From: Candidatus Adlerbacteria bacterium
GTDB lineage: Bacteria > Patescibacteriota > Minisyncoccia > Phycocordibacterales > SBAW01
Reading direction: 5' to 3'
Length of the DNA stretch: 64,000 nt
NCBI GenBank assembly: GCA_903851045.1
Contig: CAINNF010000010.1
Coordinates: 1,258-65,257 of the forward strand
How positions within the stretch are numbered: position 1 is the stretch's first letter; every line of letters begins with the position of its first letter. The notes beneath the pieces were generated by a model that was not told the DNA's origin, did no database searches, and saw nothing but the letters and a program-made list of their open reading frames with translations. This document shows, in pieces, positions 30,950-40,417 of the stretch. The position numbers and the translations under genes were made by a program.

Positions 30950-32923
30950 ATGACCCTCAATGAAGTCAGGACCGCATATCTGGAGTTTTTTAAGGCTCGG
31001 GGGCACACCGTCATCCCGTCCTCTTCGCTCGTACCCGAGAACGATCCGACCACCCTGTTCACCGGTTCGGGGATGCAGCAGCTCATGCCATACTTGCTGG
31101 GCAAGAATCATGCCGCGGGCAGCCGCCTCACCGACTCGCAGAAGTGCTTTCGCTCGGGTGATATCGAGGAGGTTGGCGACAATCGCCACACCACCTTCTT
31201 CGAGATGCTTGGCAACTGGTCGCTCGGCGACTACTTTAAGCATGAGCAGCTGCCGTGGTTCTTCGAGTTCTTAACTGATGAAAAGGACGGTATCGGTCTT
31301 AGCGCACATAAACTCTTTGTAACCGTATTCACGGGCGACGAAGCGAACAATGTCCCGCGCGACACCGAGTCGGTCGAGATATGGAAAGCGAATTTTAAAA
31401 AGAAGAACATCGACGCGAAAGTGGTCGAAATCGGCTCCGAAGAGGACGGCTACCAAAAAGGTATGTCGTTCGGACTCGCGGATGGTGAGGTTGGGCGCAT
31501 CTTCTACTATAACGCCAAGAAGAATTGGTGGAGCCGCTCTGGAACTCCCGACAAGATGCCGGTCGGTGAGCCAGGCGGACCAGACTCCGAAGTGTTCTAT
31601 GACTTTGGGTCAAGCACTGCGTCGAAAGGTGGACATGCATCACCAGAGGCAGACACCCAGTGGGGCCCTCAGTGCCACCCCAACTGCGATTGTGGACGTT
31701 TCCTGGAGATTGGTAACTCCGTCTTCATGCAGTACCTTAAAAAGCCGGATGGGTCATTTGGGCTACTCCCAAAGCAGAATGTAGACTTTGGCGGTGGGTT
31801 GGAGCGACTCATGATGGCTGCGAGCAATGAGCCGGACATTATTAAAGTCTGTCATGCGCCCATTCTTAATGCGATTGCGCTCAGTTCTGGCAAAGTATAC
31901 GGACGAAATGCACAAGAAACCAAGAGTTTTCGTATTATTGCGGACCACATAAAGGCTGCTGTTTTTCTTATCGCTGATGGAGTTATTCCTGGCAAATCTG
32001 ACCAGGGCTACTTCGTACGCCGCCTGATCCGTCGCAGTGTGCAGCACTTGGACAAACTTGGTATTGGTGAAAAAGCATTTAATTTGGCGGTAGTCGTGAG
32101 TGCGGTTGCTGAAATGTACAAAGACCAATATCCAGAACTGCAAGCAAAGTTGTTTGAAATAGAACAAATCGTTGGCGCTGAAGAAGCCCAATTCCGCCTC
32201 ACACTACAACGTGGCATCAAAGAGCTCGCACGGTTCGCCTCCGACGGTTCTATCTCTGCTAACGACGCCTTCCAACTCGTTACGACGTATGGATTCCCAC
32301 TGGAGTTGATCATCGAGGAGGCTGGGGAGCGCGGGATCAAGCAGATCGATATCGAGGGTTTCAAGGAGTTGCTGAAAGCGCACCAGGAGCTCTCACGAGC
32401 CGGGAGCGAGAGTAAGTTCAAGGGAGGTCTCGCGGACGCCTCAGAAGCGACCACACGGCTTCACACAGCCCATCACCTGCTCCTGAAAGCGCTTCAGATG
32501 GTGCTGGGTCCGAGTGTGAAGCAGCGCGGCTCCAATATCACAGGAGAGCGACTACGTATCGACTTTAGCTGGGGAGAGAAGATAACCGATGCACAAAAGA
32601 AGGAGGTTGAGCGCATCGTGAACGAGAAGATCGCCGAAGACCTGCCAGTCACACGCAACGAACTCGACAAAGAGGTCGCCGAGAAGCTCGGTGCAGAGCA
32701 CGAGTTCGGCGCAAAGTACCCAGACCGCGTCACCGTCTACGCGGTGGGTCCCAAAAGTGCGACGGCGGAGCATCCGCATCTAGGAGAAGCATTCTCGATG
32801 GAGTTTTGCGGCGGTCCCCACGTCGAACACACGGGCGAGCTTGCACGGTCCGGCACCTTTAAGATCCTCAAGGAGGAAGCAGTGGCAGCGGGTATTCGAC
32901 GCATCAAGGCGGTGTTGGAGTAG
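30950..32923 (+). CDS. alaS: Alanine--tRNA ligase (short form)
   Basis: HTTFFEMLGNWS.GDYFK, HTAHH and CGGPH motifs; ends GIRRIKA with no C-Ala domain. Confidence 0.96.
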   Translation: MTLNEVRTAYLEFFKARGHTVIPSSSLVPENDPTTLFTGSGMQQLMPYLLGKNHAAGSRLTDSQKCFRSGDIEEVGDNRHTTFFEMLGNWSLGDYFKHEQLPWFFEFLTDEKDGIGLSAHKLFVTVFTGDEANNVPRDTESVEIWKANFKKKNIDAKVVEIGSEEDGYQKGMSFGLADGEVGRIFYYNAKKNWWSRSGTPDKMPVGEPGGPDSEVFYDFGSSTASKGGHASPEADTQWGPQCHPNCDCGRFLEIGNSVFMQYLKKPDGSFGLLPKQNVDFGGGLERLMMAASNEPDIIKVCHAPILNAIALSSGKVYGRNAQETKSFRIIADHIKAAVFLIADGVIPGKSDQGYFVRRLIRRSVQHLDKLGIGEKAFNLAVVVSAVAEMYKDQYPELQAKLFEIEQIVGAEEAQFRLTLQRGIKELARFASDGSISANDAFQLVTTYGFPLELIIEEAGERGIKQIDIEGFKELLKAHQELSRAGSESKFKGGLADASEATTRLHTAHHLLLKALQMVLGPSVKQRGSNITGERLRIDFSWGEKITDAQKKEVERIVNEKIAEDLPVTRNELDKEVAEKLGAEHEFGAKYPDRVTVYAVGPKSATAEHPHLGEAFSMEFCGGPHVEHTGELARSGTFKILKEEAVAAGIRRIKAVLE

Positions 32924-32953
32924 TACACTTTTTTTGCGTTATACTATGGGTGT

Positions 32954-33943
32954 ATGTCAGCACTCTTTGGGAAAAGCGATTCCGATGAGAGGACGGTCCT
33001 TCTTGTCGACATAGAGAACGGCAGTGTCGCTTCGGCACTTGCACAACTATCGCACACACAACAACCTCGGCTGTTCGCTGAACACCGTGTCGCTCTTCCC
33101 GTCTTGCACACCGTATCCGGTGCAGAGATAGCACGGCGAGTAGAACGGGCGGTCGAAGAATCGCTTGACCACACCAGCAGGATCGCTGCACGGATCCGGC
33201 AGGATAGACGATACGCTCCAATGGGTAGGATACGGGGCGCGCATCTTTTTTTCGGCCCTCCGTGGACGACCACCTCTCGGGGAGAGGAGCGGCTGCAGTG
33301 GAAATTCGAACCCTCGGTCGTCGACTATGTGCGCCGTAGCACCGAAAGCGTCGTCGGGTCCGAACCGATCGCACACCATCCGTTCGGACGAGCTGCGACG
33401 CACACCTCCAATACGCTCTTCGCGGGGTCGGTACTGTTGTGCATTGTCACGGGTGAGGTGACCGAGTTGTTAGTGATCGAAGACGACCATTTGATCGGTC
33501 GGGCCACCGTACCTCTGGGGACACATACGGCACTTCGAACTCTCAAGGTCCACGCGGGTCTCAGCATCCCAGAGGCTCACTCGGCATTGCAACTGTATCG
33601 ACGCTCGTCCGACGACCCCCTTTCCCTCGCCGAGCCGCTACGAGCTTCGTTCGACCATTTCGTCGAACAGTTCGTAGAAGCCTCTCGAGAACTTTTAACA
33701 TTACACCCTGTGGACACGATCGCTGTCATCGCTCCGGAGCCGATGGGGGAGTGGTTTGCTCGAGCGTTAGCCACACACACGAAGACCGTCCAACTGTTTC
33801 CTAACGGAGGCACGACACGAGATATCCGCGCGAAGCACTTAGCACCACACGTCTCTGCCCATGCGACGAATCCGGACATACACCTCATGATAGAGGCACT
33901 GTTCGCCCACTCGCTACAAAACTTTGGAAATGCTATACAATAA
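32954..33943 (+). CDS. Hypothetical protein, degenerate actin-like (FtsA/PilM-type) fold
   Basis: LLVDIENGSV and V.GEVTEL....PLG motifs. Confidence 0.6.
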   Translation: MSALFGKSDSDERTVLLVDIENGSVASALAQLSHTQQPRLFAEHRVALPVLHTVSGAEIARRVERAVEESLDHTSRIAARIRQDRRYAPMGRIRGAHLFFGPPWTTTSRGEERLQWKFEPSVVDYVRRSTESVVGSEPIAHHPFGRAATHTSNTLFAGSVLLCIVTGEVTELLVIEDDHLIGRATVPLGTHTALRTLKVHAGLSIPEAHSALQLYRRSSDDPLSLAEPLRASFDHFVEQFVEASRELLTLHPVDTIAVIAPEPMGEWFARALATHTKTVQLFPNGGTTRDIRAKHLAPHVSAHATNPDIHLMIEALFAHSLQNFGNAIQ

Positions 33944-33948
33944 ACAGT

Positions 33949-35250
33949 ATGCTAGACACTAGACACGATCGCTCTATACGAAACATCCCCGTTCCTTCGA
34001 CCCATCACAACAAGATAGGAGGGGGTATGCAACGTCAACAAGACTACGACGACTACGAGAACGATGAGGCCGGGATACCACCGCCACGTCGTCCGAAGGT
34101 CCCTCACCGCAGGAACTGGCGAGCCGTGGGGCTGGTCGGAGGAGTCGTGGTCGCCTGTGCGATCGCCGGACTACTACTGTCGACCGTTTTTGAAAGCGCC
34201 ACAGTGACCCTCACTCCAAAGACAGGGAGCGTCACAACACCGCAGAACCTCACCGCGGCACCGAACGGACCGTCCGGCACGCTCTTGTACCAGACGATAA
34301 CCGCGACACAGTACGCGTCCACCTCGGTCACCGCCAACGGGACTCAGCACGTATCCCACCTGGCGACCGGTATGGTCACCCTCTACAACACCTACAGTGC
34401 GACGACACAGACATTGACCGCCAACACGCGGTTGTCGACCGCTGATGGGAAGATATATCGGATCAAGAATGCGGTGACCATACCCGGTATTGTCACGAAA
34501 TCTGACGGCTCACAGGGTCCCGGCACGGTGACCGTCTCCGTGACCGCAGATAAGCCTGGAGCCGACTATAACCAGACGACTCCGGTCCAGATGACTATCC
34601 CCGGGTTCAAAGGTACGGCAAAATATGCGAAATTTCTCGCCCAGTCCCAAGGGTCGATCAGTGGTGGTCTGGTCGGCGACGTACCGGCTATCGCCCCCGC
34701 CGATATGTCGAACGCTCAAAACGAGCTGAAACAACAACTCGACTCGAGCATCCGTTCGGCCGCCATATCGCAGGTGCCTGAAGGATTCGTTGCCGTGAAC
34801 GGTTCGCTTGGTGTCACCTACACGGATATCAATCAGACTCCCGGGGCAGGCAACACGGTTAACCTATCCGAAGGCGCGACCGCAACGGTCGCGATACTGC
34901 GCATCGGCGACCTTGCGAGTGCGCTCGCCTCACAAGCGCTGCCGGACTACAAAGGTGAATCGATCGCCTTTCGCGACCTTTCGAAGGTCACCGTCTCGCT
35001 CGTACCGTCCGGTGCGACGAACATCACCGGACCATTACATATCAGTGTCGGCGGCACACCCGTATTGATATGGCAGTTCGATGCCGCAGCACTGAAGCAG
35101 GCGTTGCTCGGGAAGGATACCTCGTCCTTCCAAAACATCATCAAGGGATATGAGCCAGCGATAGCCACAGCGGAGGCGAGCGTCAGACCGTTTTGGAAGG
35201 CAACATTCCCCTCGGATCCAAACAAAGTAACCGTTGTGGTCAGCCAATGA
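33949..35250 (+). CDS. Membrane-anchored protein with baseplate-J-like beta domain (CPR-typical)
   Basis: One TM; ATG.VTLYN, TRL...DG.IYR, V.AD.PG..YN and TIPG motifs. Confidence 0.65.
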   Translation: MLDTRHDRSIRNIPVPSTHHNKIGGGMQRQQDYDDYENDEAGIPPPRRPKVPHRRNWRAVGLVGGVVVACAIAGLLLSTVFESATVTLTPKTGSVTTPQNLTAAPNGPSGTLLYQTITATQYASTSVTANGTQHVSHLATGMVTLYNTYSATTQTLTANTRLSTADGKIYRIKNAVTIPGIVTKSDGSQGPGTVTVSVTADKPGADYNQTTPVQMTIPGFKGTAKYAKFLAQSQGSISGGLVGDVPAIAPADMSNAQNELKQQLDSSIRSAAISQVPEGFVAVNGSLGVTYTDINQTPGAGNTVNLSEGATATVAILRIGDLASALASQALPDYKGESIAFRDLSKVTVSLVPSGATNITGPLHISVGGTPVLIWQFDAAALKQALLGKDTSSFQNIIKGYEPAIATAEASVRPFWKATFPSDPNKVTVVVSQ

Positions 35251-35305
35251 TCATGCATAATTTGACGCCTGAAACGCTCTCTGCTATGATGTCACTTGTC
35301 CGGTA

Positions 35306-35515
35306 ATGGAGAACGAAGCACAAGAGGTGCAGGGCACCGTAGAGGAAGCCCTGCCTAATACCCTTTTTCGAGTATCACTCGGGGGAGGAGAAGTCATCTT
35401 AGCCTATCTCGCGGGCAAAATGCGCCTTCACCGTATCAAGGTGTTGGTGGGAGACAAAGTGCTCCTTAAGCTTGATCCCTATGGAGGGAAAGGGCGGATC
35501 ACACGAAGACTATAA
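35306..35515 (+). CDS. infA: Translation initiation factor IF-1
   Basis: EALPNTLFRV and GKMR..IKVL.GD motifs. Confidence 0.97.
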   Translation: MENEAQEVQGTVEEALPNTLFRVSLGGGEVILAYLAGKMRLHRIKVLVGDKVLLKLDPYGGKGRITRRL

Positions 35516-35629
35516 ATGAAAGTAAAAGCATCCATAAAAGCTCGCTGCATGAAGTGCAAACTCCTCCGTCGCAAGGGGCGTGTGTATGTTATCTGCGAAA
35601 ACCCTCGCCATAAGCAGCGACAGGGATAA
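35516..35629 (+). CDS. rpmJ: 50S ribosomal protein L36 (not in the ORF track)
   Basis: [37 protein letters not shown]. Confidence 0.97.
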   Translation: MKVKASIKARCMKCKLLRRKGRVYVICENPRHKQRQG

Positions 35630-35640
35630 ACACAATTATT

Positions 35641-36018
35641 ATGCGTATCTCAGGTATCACACTTCCTAACAAACGAGTCGCCTTCGCGCTTACTGCGCTC
35701 TACGGTATCGGTCTTTCTCGCGCACAGCACATCTGTGAGGCCGCGAAGATCGACCAGGCCAAGCGTGCAGACGACCTCACCGCCGAGGAAGAGAATCAGA
35801 TCCGTGCGGTCATCGAAGGTTTTAAGCTCGAGGGCGATTTGAAGCGCGATGTCGCGAACAACGTCAAGCGACTCAAGGACATCGGTGCCTACCGAGGCAC
35901 ACGCCATGCACGACACCTCCCAGTGCGTGGGCAGCGAACCAAGACGAACTCTCGAACGGTCCGAGGCAACGTCCGCAAGACGATGGGCTCTGGTCGTCGA
36001 AAGGTTGAGAAAACTTAA
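35641..36018 (+). CDS. rpsM: 30S ribosomal protein S13
   Basis: LPVRGQRTKTNSRT. Confidence 0.98.
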   Translation: MRISGITLPNKRVAFALTALYGIGLSRAQHICEAAKIDQAKRADDLTAEEENQIRAVIEGFKLEGDLKRDVANNVKRLKDIGAYRGTRHARHLPVRGQRTKTNSRTVRGNVRKTMGSGRRKVEKT

Positions 36019-36047
36019 AATATATCGTATAACTACTGACACAACCT

Positions 36048-36476
36048 ATGGGTAAGAAGCGAATAGTCAAAAAAGGAGGAGACGATGGGTCGCGTGGAAA
36101 CGCAGGCTCGACTCGTGCATCGAAGCGCAAGCTCGATGCGGGGCGTTTGTATGTCGAAGCGACGTACAACAACACGAAGGTGTCCCTCGCAGACGAAAAG
36201 GGCAACGTGGTGGCATGGTCATCCAGCGGCTCACTTGGCTTCTCTGGAGCGAAGAAGGGTACCCCGTTCGCAGCTGCGAAGGTCGGCGAACTCCTTGCGG
36301 ATAAAGCGACCGCGATGGGCATGAAGGAGGTCTCGGTCATTATCGCTGGTGTCGGAGCTGGCCGTGAGTCGTCAGTGCGTGCGTTCGCCACCAAAGGCAT
36401 CCACATCAGCGGTATCAAGGATACGACCCCCGTACCACACAACGGCCCCCGACCACCCAAGCCTCGTCGCGTATAA
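36048..36476 (+). CDS. rpsK: 30S ribosomal protein S11
   Basis: KGTPFAA and DTTPVPHNG motifs. Confidence 0.98.
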   Translation: MGKKRIVKKGGDDGSRGNAGSTRASKRKLDAGRLYVEATYNNTKVSLADEKGNVVAWSSSGSLGFSGAKKGTPFAAAKVGELLADKATAMGMKEVSVIIAGVGAGRESSVRAFATKGIHISGIKDTTPVPHNGPRPPKPRRV

Positions 36477-36497
36477 CCGTTCACACACAAACCATTT

Positions 36498-37109
36498 ATG
36501 ATAATCGGACCAAAATATAAAATTTGTAAGCGACTGGGCGCAGCAGTCTTCGAGAAGTGTCAAACACAGAAGTTTCAGCTTGCGGTAGCGAACGCACCTC
36601 GCAAGACGAAAGGGAAGCGTGGTGGCGCGAGCGATTTCGGCGCACAGCTCATCGAAAAGCAGAAGGCGCGCTACACGTACGGTCTTTCGGAGGCTCAATT
36701 CTCTCGATATGTCTTTGAGGCCATGGAGAAGAAAGGCGGCAGCTCTTCACAAAACCTACTGTCACGGCTTGAGGCACGGCTCGACAATGTCGCCTATCGC
36801 GCCGGGTTCGCTAAGACACGCCGCATGGCCCGCCAGCTCGTCTCACACGGTCATATCATGGTCAACGGTAAGCGCATGACCATTCCTTCACACATGGTGG
36901 TCGCAGGCGACATCATCGCTATCCGACCAGAGAGCCGAACCAGCCCACTGTTCGCCAACCGGACCGAAGCGGCAGCAGAGAGCAAGACGCCGAACTGGCT
37001 CCAGTTGGAGGAAGGTGCGGTGTCCGCGAAGGTGTCACAGACGCCGACAATAGCGGAGAGCGACCTTCTGTTCAACGCGCCGGTCATCATCCAATTCTAT
37101 AGTCGTTAA
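36498..37109 (+). CDS. rpsD: 30S ribosomal protein S4
   Basis: LEARLDNV and ARQLVSHGH motifs. Confidence 0.98.
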   Translation: MIIGPKYKICKRLGAAVFEKCQTQKFQLAVANAPRKTKGKRGGASDFGAQLIEKQKARYTYGLSEAQFSRYVFEAMEKKGGSSSQNLLSRLEARLDNVAYRAGFAKTRRMARQLVSHGHIMVNGKRMTIPSHMVVAGDIIAIRPESRTSPLFANRTEAAAESKTPNWLQLEEGAVSAKVSQTPTIAESDLLFNAPVIIQFYSR

Positions 37110-37138
37110 TAAATTATCACTAAGCATCTTGTATCTAT

Positions 37139-38110
37139 ATGATGGAGTATTCAATCACATTGCCGAGTAAACCTCGCGTCGTCACCGAAGAGGAGCATGC
37201 GGGCACGTATGAGATCGATGGTCTGTACCCAGGCTACGGTCATACGCTCGGGAACAGTCTTCGACGTATCATCCTTTCGTCGCTTCCTGGTGCCGCTATC
37301 ACCTCGATCAAGATCGATGGTGTCGAGCATGAGTTCTCGACATTGAGCGGACTGCGCGAAGATGTGGTTACAGTCATCCTCAACCTCAAGAAGCTGCGTT
37401 TCGAACTACTGACGAGCGAGCCACAGACCGTGACCCTTTCGGTCAAAGGACCGAAGAAGGTGTCGGGCGGCGACCTGACGCTCCCCGGCCAGGTCCGTTT
37501 ACTTAACCCGAGTTCGTACATCTGCGAGATAACCGACGGCACGAAGATCGAAGCGGAATTCCGCGTCGAGCGTGGCCTTGGATTCGTCCCACGCGAAGCG
37601 TTGAAGAAGGACCGCGTCGAGATCGGTGAGATCTCGGTCGACGCCATCTTCTCTCCGATCCGACGAGTGAACTACGAGGTCGAGAACATGCGCGTCGGCG
37701 ATCGCACCGACTTCAATCGTCTACGACTCACTATCGAGACCGACGGCACCATCTCTCCTCGTGTCGCGCTCGAGCAGTGCATCGAGGTCATGATCACCCA
37801 GCTGAAAGCGATCGTCGGTTTCCGCGAGGAGGAACTTGCTACACCAGCACACACGCAGGCACCGAACACGACCGACATCTCCGCCTCTACCAACACGACC
37901 GAGATGAACTCGGAGGCCATGAAGACCCGCATCGAGGATCTCGACCTCTCAAGCCGCACCATCTCAGCACTTGAGAAGGCGAACATCCGCACCGTCGGCG
38001 GCCTCGCGCGCAAGAAGGAAGAGGATCTGCTCGAGATCGATGGCCTCGGTCCCAAGGCGATCCAGGAGATCAAGCGCGCTTTGGCGAACTTTGGTATAGT
38101 CCTCAAATAA
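37139..38110 (+). CDS. rpoA: RNA polymerase alpha subunit
   Basis: GYGHTLGNSLRRIILSS; alpha-CTD present. Confidence 0.99.
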   Translation: MMEYSITLPSKPRVVTEEEHAGTYEIDGLYPGYGHTLGNSLRRIILSSLPGAAITSIKIDGVEHEFSTLSGLREDVVTVILNLKKLRFELLTSEPQTVTLSVKGPKKVSGGDLTLPGQVRLLNPSSYICEITDGTKIEAEFRVERGLGFVPREALKKDRVEIGEISVDAIFSPIRRVNYEVENMRVGDRTDFNRLRLTIETDGTISPRVALEQCIEVMITQLKAIVGFREEELATPAHTQAPNTTDISASTNTTEMNSEAMKTRIEDLDLSSRTISALEKANIRTVGGLARKKEEDLLEIDGLGPKAIQEIKRALANFGIVLK

Positions 38111-38117
38111 CACCTAT

Positions 38118-38465
38118 ATGCGGCACGGAAATGTAAACAGAAAATTTGGACGAAAGACCGACGAACGCCGGGCGCTCCTTCGCTCGCTCGCACGTTCTCT
38201 CGTGTTAGAGGGTCACATCAAGACGACGCAGGCGCGCGCGAAGGAGATCCGCCCCCTTGTTGAGAAGATGGTCACCCGCGGCAAGGTGGATTCGGTCTCG
38301 AATCGACGCCTGCTCGAAAGCTTGCTTGGCGATGCGATAACGGTCAAGAAGCTTCTCGAGACCGCGAAGCAGTACACCACGCGCCCAGGCGGGTACCTCC
38401 GCATCGTGAAGATGGGTCCACGCAAAGGGGACGCGAGTCCGATGGCCGTAATCGAGTTTGTATAA
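38118..38465 (+). CDS. rplQ: 50S ribosomal protein L17
   Basis: TT.ARAKE and RPGGYLRI motifs. Confidence 0.98.
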   Translation: MRHGNVNRKFGRKTDERRALLRSLARSLVLEGHIKTTQARAKEIRPLVEKMVTRGKVDSVSNRRLLESLLGDAITVKKLLETAKQYTTRPGGYLRIVKMGPRKGDASPMAVIEFV

Positions 38466-38469
38466 TCAT

Positions 38470-38811
38470 ATGAAAACCATAGACGCAAATAACCAGACCC
38501 TTGGACGAGTCGCGAGCGCAGCAGCGAAGGCGCTCTTGGGTAAGCACTCGGCCGACTTCGCGAAGAACGTCGTCGCGAAGGATGGGGTCACCATCATCAA
38601 CGCTTCGAAGGTCCGCATCTCGGGCAACAAGAAGCTCGACAAGGACTATATCCGCTACTCTGGCTACCCAGGCGGGCAAAAAACCGAGACCTATGCTATG
38701 CTCACAGCGCGCAAGGGTGAGCAGGAGGTTATCCGCAAGGCAGTGCTCGGCATGCTCCCGAAGAACCGTCTGCAAAGCGAGCGCATCAAGATGCTCGTCA
38801 TCGAAAACTAA
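38470..38811 (+). CDS. rplM: 50S ribosomal protein L13 (compact)
   Basis: IDA....LGR.AS, SGYPGG and GMLPKN motifs. Confidence 0.96.
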   Translation: MKTIDANNQTLGRVASAAAKALLGKHSADFAKNVVAKDGVTIINASKVRISGNKKLDKDYIRYSGYPGGQKTETYAMLTARKGEQEVIRKAVLGMLPKNRLQSERIKMLVIEN

Positions 38812-38816
38812 TCATT

Positions 38817-39239
38817 ATGGCAACCACCACTAAAACAATACCGAAAGGAGAGCGCTACATCGAGGCCGTCGGCCGACGCAAGACTGCTATCGCCCGCGCA
38901 CGCATAACTCCTGCCGCGAGCATGACGGCGACCGTCAACAAGAAGGACATCAACACCTACTTCATGACGGAGCCGCTGCGCATCACCGCACTGGAGCCAT
39001 TTCTTAAAGTTACGCTCCCGACCCAGTTCGCGATCACAGTCGTGGTTTCTGGCGGCGGTATCGCGGGCCAGGCGGTCGCCGTTCGTCATGCAATAGCGCG
39101 CGCACTCACCGAGTACGATATCAACCTGCGTACGACGCTGAAGAAAGAAGGCTTCCTCAAGCGCGACCCACGCGCGAAGGAGCGCCGCAAGCCCGGTCTC
39201 GTCAAAGCCCGCAAGCGCAAGCAGTGGTCGAAGCGCTAA
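38817..39239 (+). CDS. rpsI: 30S ribosomal protein S9
   Basis: GRRKTA, RDPR.KERRKPG and QWSKR motifs. Confidence 0.98.
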   Translation: MATTTKTIPKGERYIEAVGRRKTAIARARITPAASMTATVNKKDINTYFMTEPLRITALEPFLKVTLPTQFAITVVVSGGGIAGQAVAVRHAIARALTEYDINLRTTLKKEGFLKRDPRAKERRKPGLVKARKRKQWSKR

Positions 39240-39259
39240 TAATCCCCTTAGTTTCTCCC

Positions 39260-39284
39260 AAAACCCCGCTTAAGGCGGGGTTTT
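39260..39284 (+). terminator. Intrinsic terminator
   Basis: AAAACCCCGC-TTAAG-GCGGGGTTTT. Confidence 0.85.
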
Positions 39285-39315
39285 GCTTTCTATATCTTGT
39301 GGTATAATACCCGTC

Positions 39316-39672
39316 ATGGAAGTACTCCAACTCAAAATAAATCTGCCAGTAACCTTTATCGAAGATGGCGACGCAGTCGTTGCGTATACTCCTGCACTTG
39401 ATCTTTCAACCGCAGGAGACGACAAAGAGGATGCCAAGCGCATGTTCGCCGAGGCTGTGGATATCTTCTTTGAGGACTTAATCGCACACAATACGCTTGA
39501 TGAAGTGCTTACTGAATTAGGCTGGAGCAAGAGTATCGAGACGGGGTGGCAACCGCCGCATATTTCGCAGGAAGCCATCAAGATGGCAGTCATCGAAAGT
39601 ACAAGAAAGCGGGGTTGCGGAGACCAATTATCGTGCCGGCGCGAGAGCGTGTGCCGATACATGTCATATTGA
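39316..39672 (+). CDS. HicB-like antitoxin with aberrant read-through tail
   Basis: VAYTPALDLST.G...E.A...F.EAV..F.E motif. Confidence 0.75.
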   Translation: MEVLQLKINLPVTFIEDGDAVVAYTPALDLSTAGDDKEDAKRMFAEAVDIFFEDLIAHNTLDEVLTELGWSKSIETGWQPPHISQEAIKMAVIESTRKRGCGDQLSCRRESVCRYMSY

Positions 39673-39734
39673 GTAATCTGCGAACACTCAGTATTTCAAA
39701 AGAGGAGCGTATTCGAATCCTCGAAGGGCTGTAA
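39585..39734 (+). pseudogene. N-terminally truncated HicA toxin
   Basis: GSHRKYKKAGLRRPIIVP...VI.SNLRTL; HicA N-terminal helix absent. Confidence 0.65.
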
Positions 39735-39862
39735 GCAAGGTGGCACCTTGCTTATTAAAACTCTGGCAACAGGGTCTTGTTTTTATATATAAGTTATTGT
39801 AATTTGGCTGTACGCACCGGCATAGCCGGATGACTGCGAAACCAACAAACTGGAGATTTGTT

Positions 39863-40297
39863 ATGGCCGAATGCGATCCTGTAGTTACATTGCACTGCTC
39901 ATTTTGCAGCAAACACTTCAGCGAAGTCAAAAAGCTTGTTCGGGGGAAAAATGCGCTTATTTGTGATGAGTGTGTTGATGCGGCAGTAGGAACTTTGTTA
40001 TCAGAAGGGTTCGGACTACCCTGGCCATTAAGGGAAAATGAGCCTTCAGTCCTCGCACGAGTAGTTCTTGCGCGGTGTCCTCCCAATGAGGAAGAGTCCG
40101 CGAGAGACTGGTTCCGTTCTCTCATAGAAAGTTGGCGTGAACTGATAACTGAGGAGTTTCTCAAATCCAAGAAGACGCTTGAGACCAGGAAGGCTGCAGT
40201 AGACGAACGCATCGCAGCCCTCAAAGCAGAAATTGCCGGGCTTCAAGAAGAATCGAGAGTCCTTGCTGTAGATATTCAGAAACTACCAAACGTGTGA
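39863..40297 (+). CDS. ClpX C4-type zinc-finger protein with C-terminal coiled coil
   Basis: CSFCSK..EVKKLV.G..A.ICDECV; GGAGA SD before ATG at 39863 (alternative start 39830). Confidence 0.8.
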   Translation: MAECDPVVTLHCSFCSKHFSEVKKLVRGKNALICDECVDAAVGTLLSEGFGLPWPLRENEPSVLARVVLARCPPNEEESARDWFRSLIESWRELITEEFLKSKKTLETRKAAVDERIAALKAEIAGLQEESRVLAVDIQKLPNV

Positions 40298-40324
40298 CGG
40301 AGGTTTTCGCCACTCCACCTTTAC

Positions 40325-40382
40325 TCCCGCCCCCCCATCTCGTATCCTAGGCGAGGATGGGGAGCGGGGGATTTATTTTTTT
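40325..40382 (+). terminator. Intrinsic terminator
   Basis: Long GC stem TCCCGCCCCCCCATC...GATGGGGAGCGGGG followed by a T-tract. Confidence 0.65.
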
Positions 40383-40417
40383 GACTTAAGGGTATTTTTG
40401 TGTAGAATACAGACACT

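Noticed and set aside
33949-35250. Prophage
   Set aside because: No integrase, terminase, capsid or tail genes; the protein is membrane-anchored among core genes.
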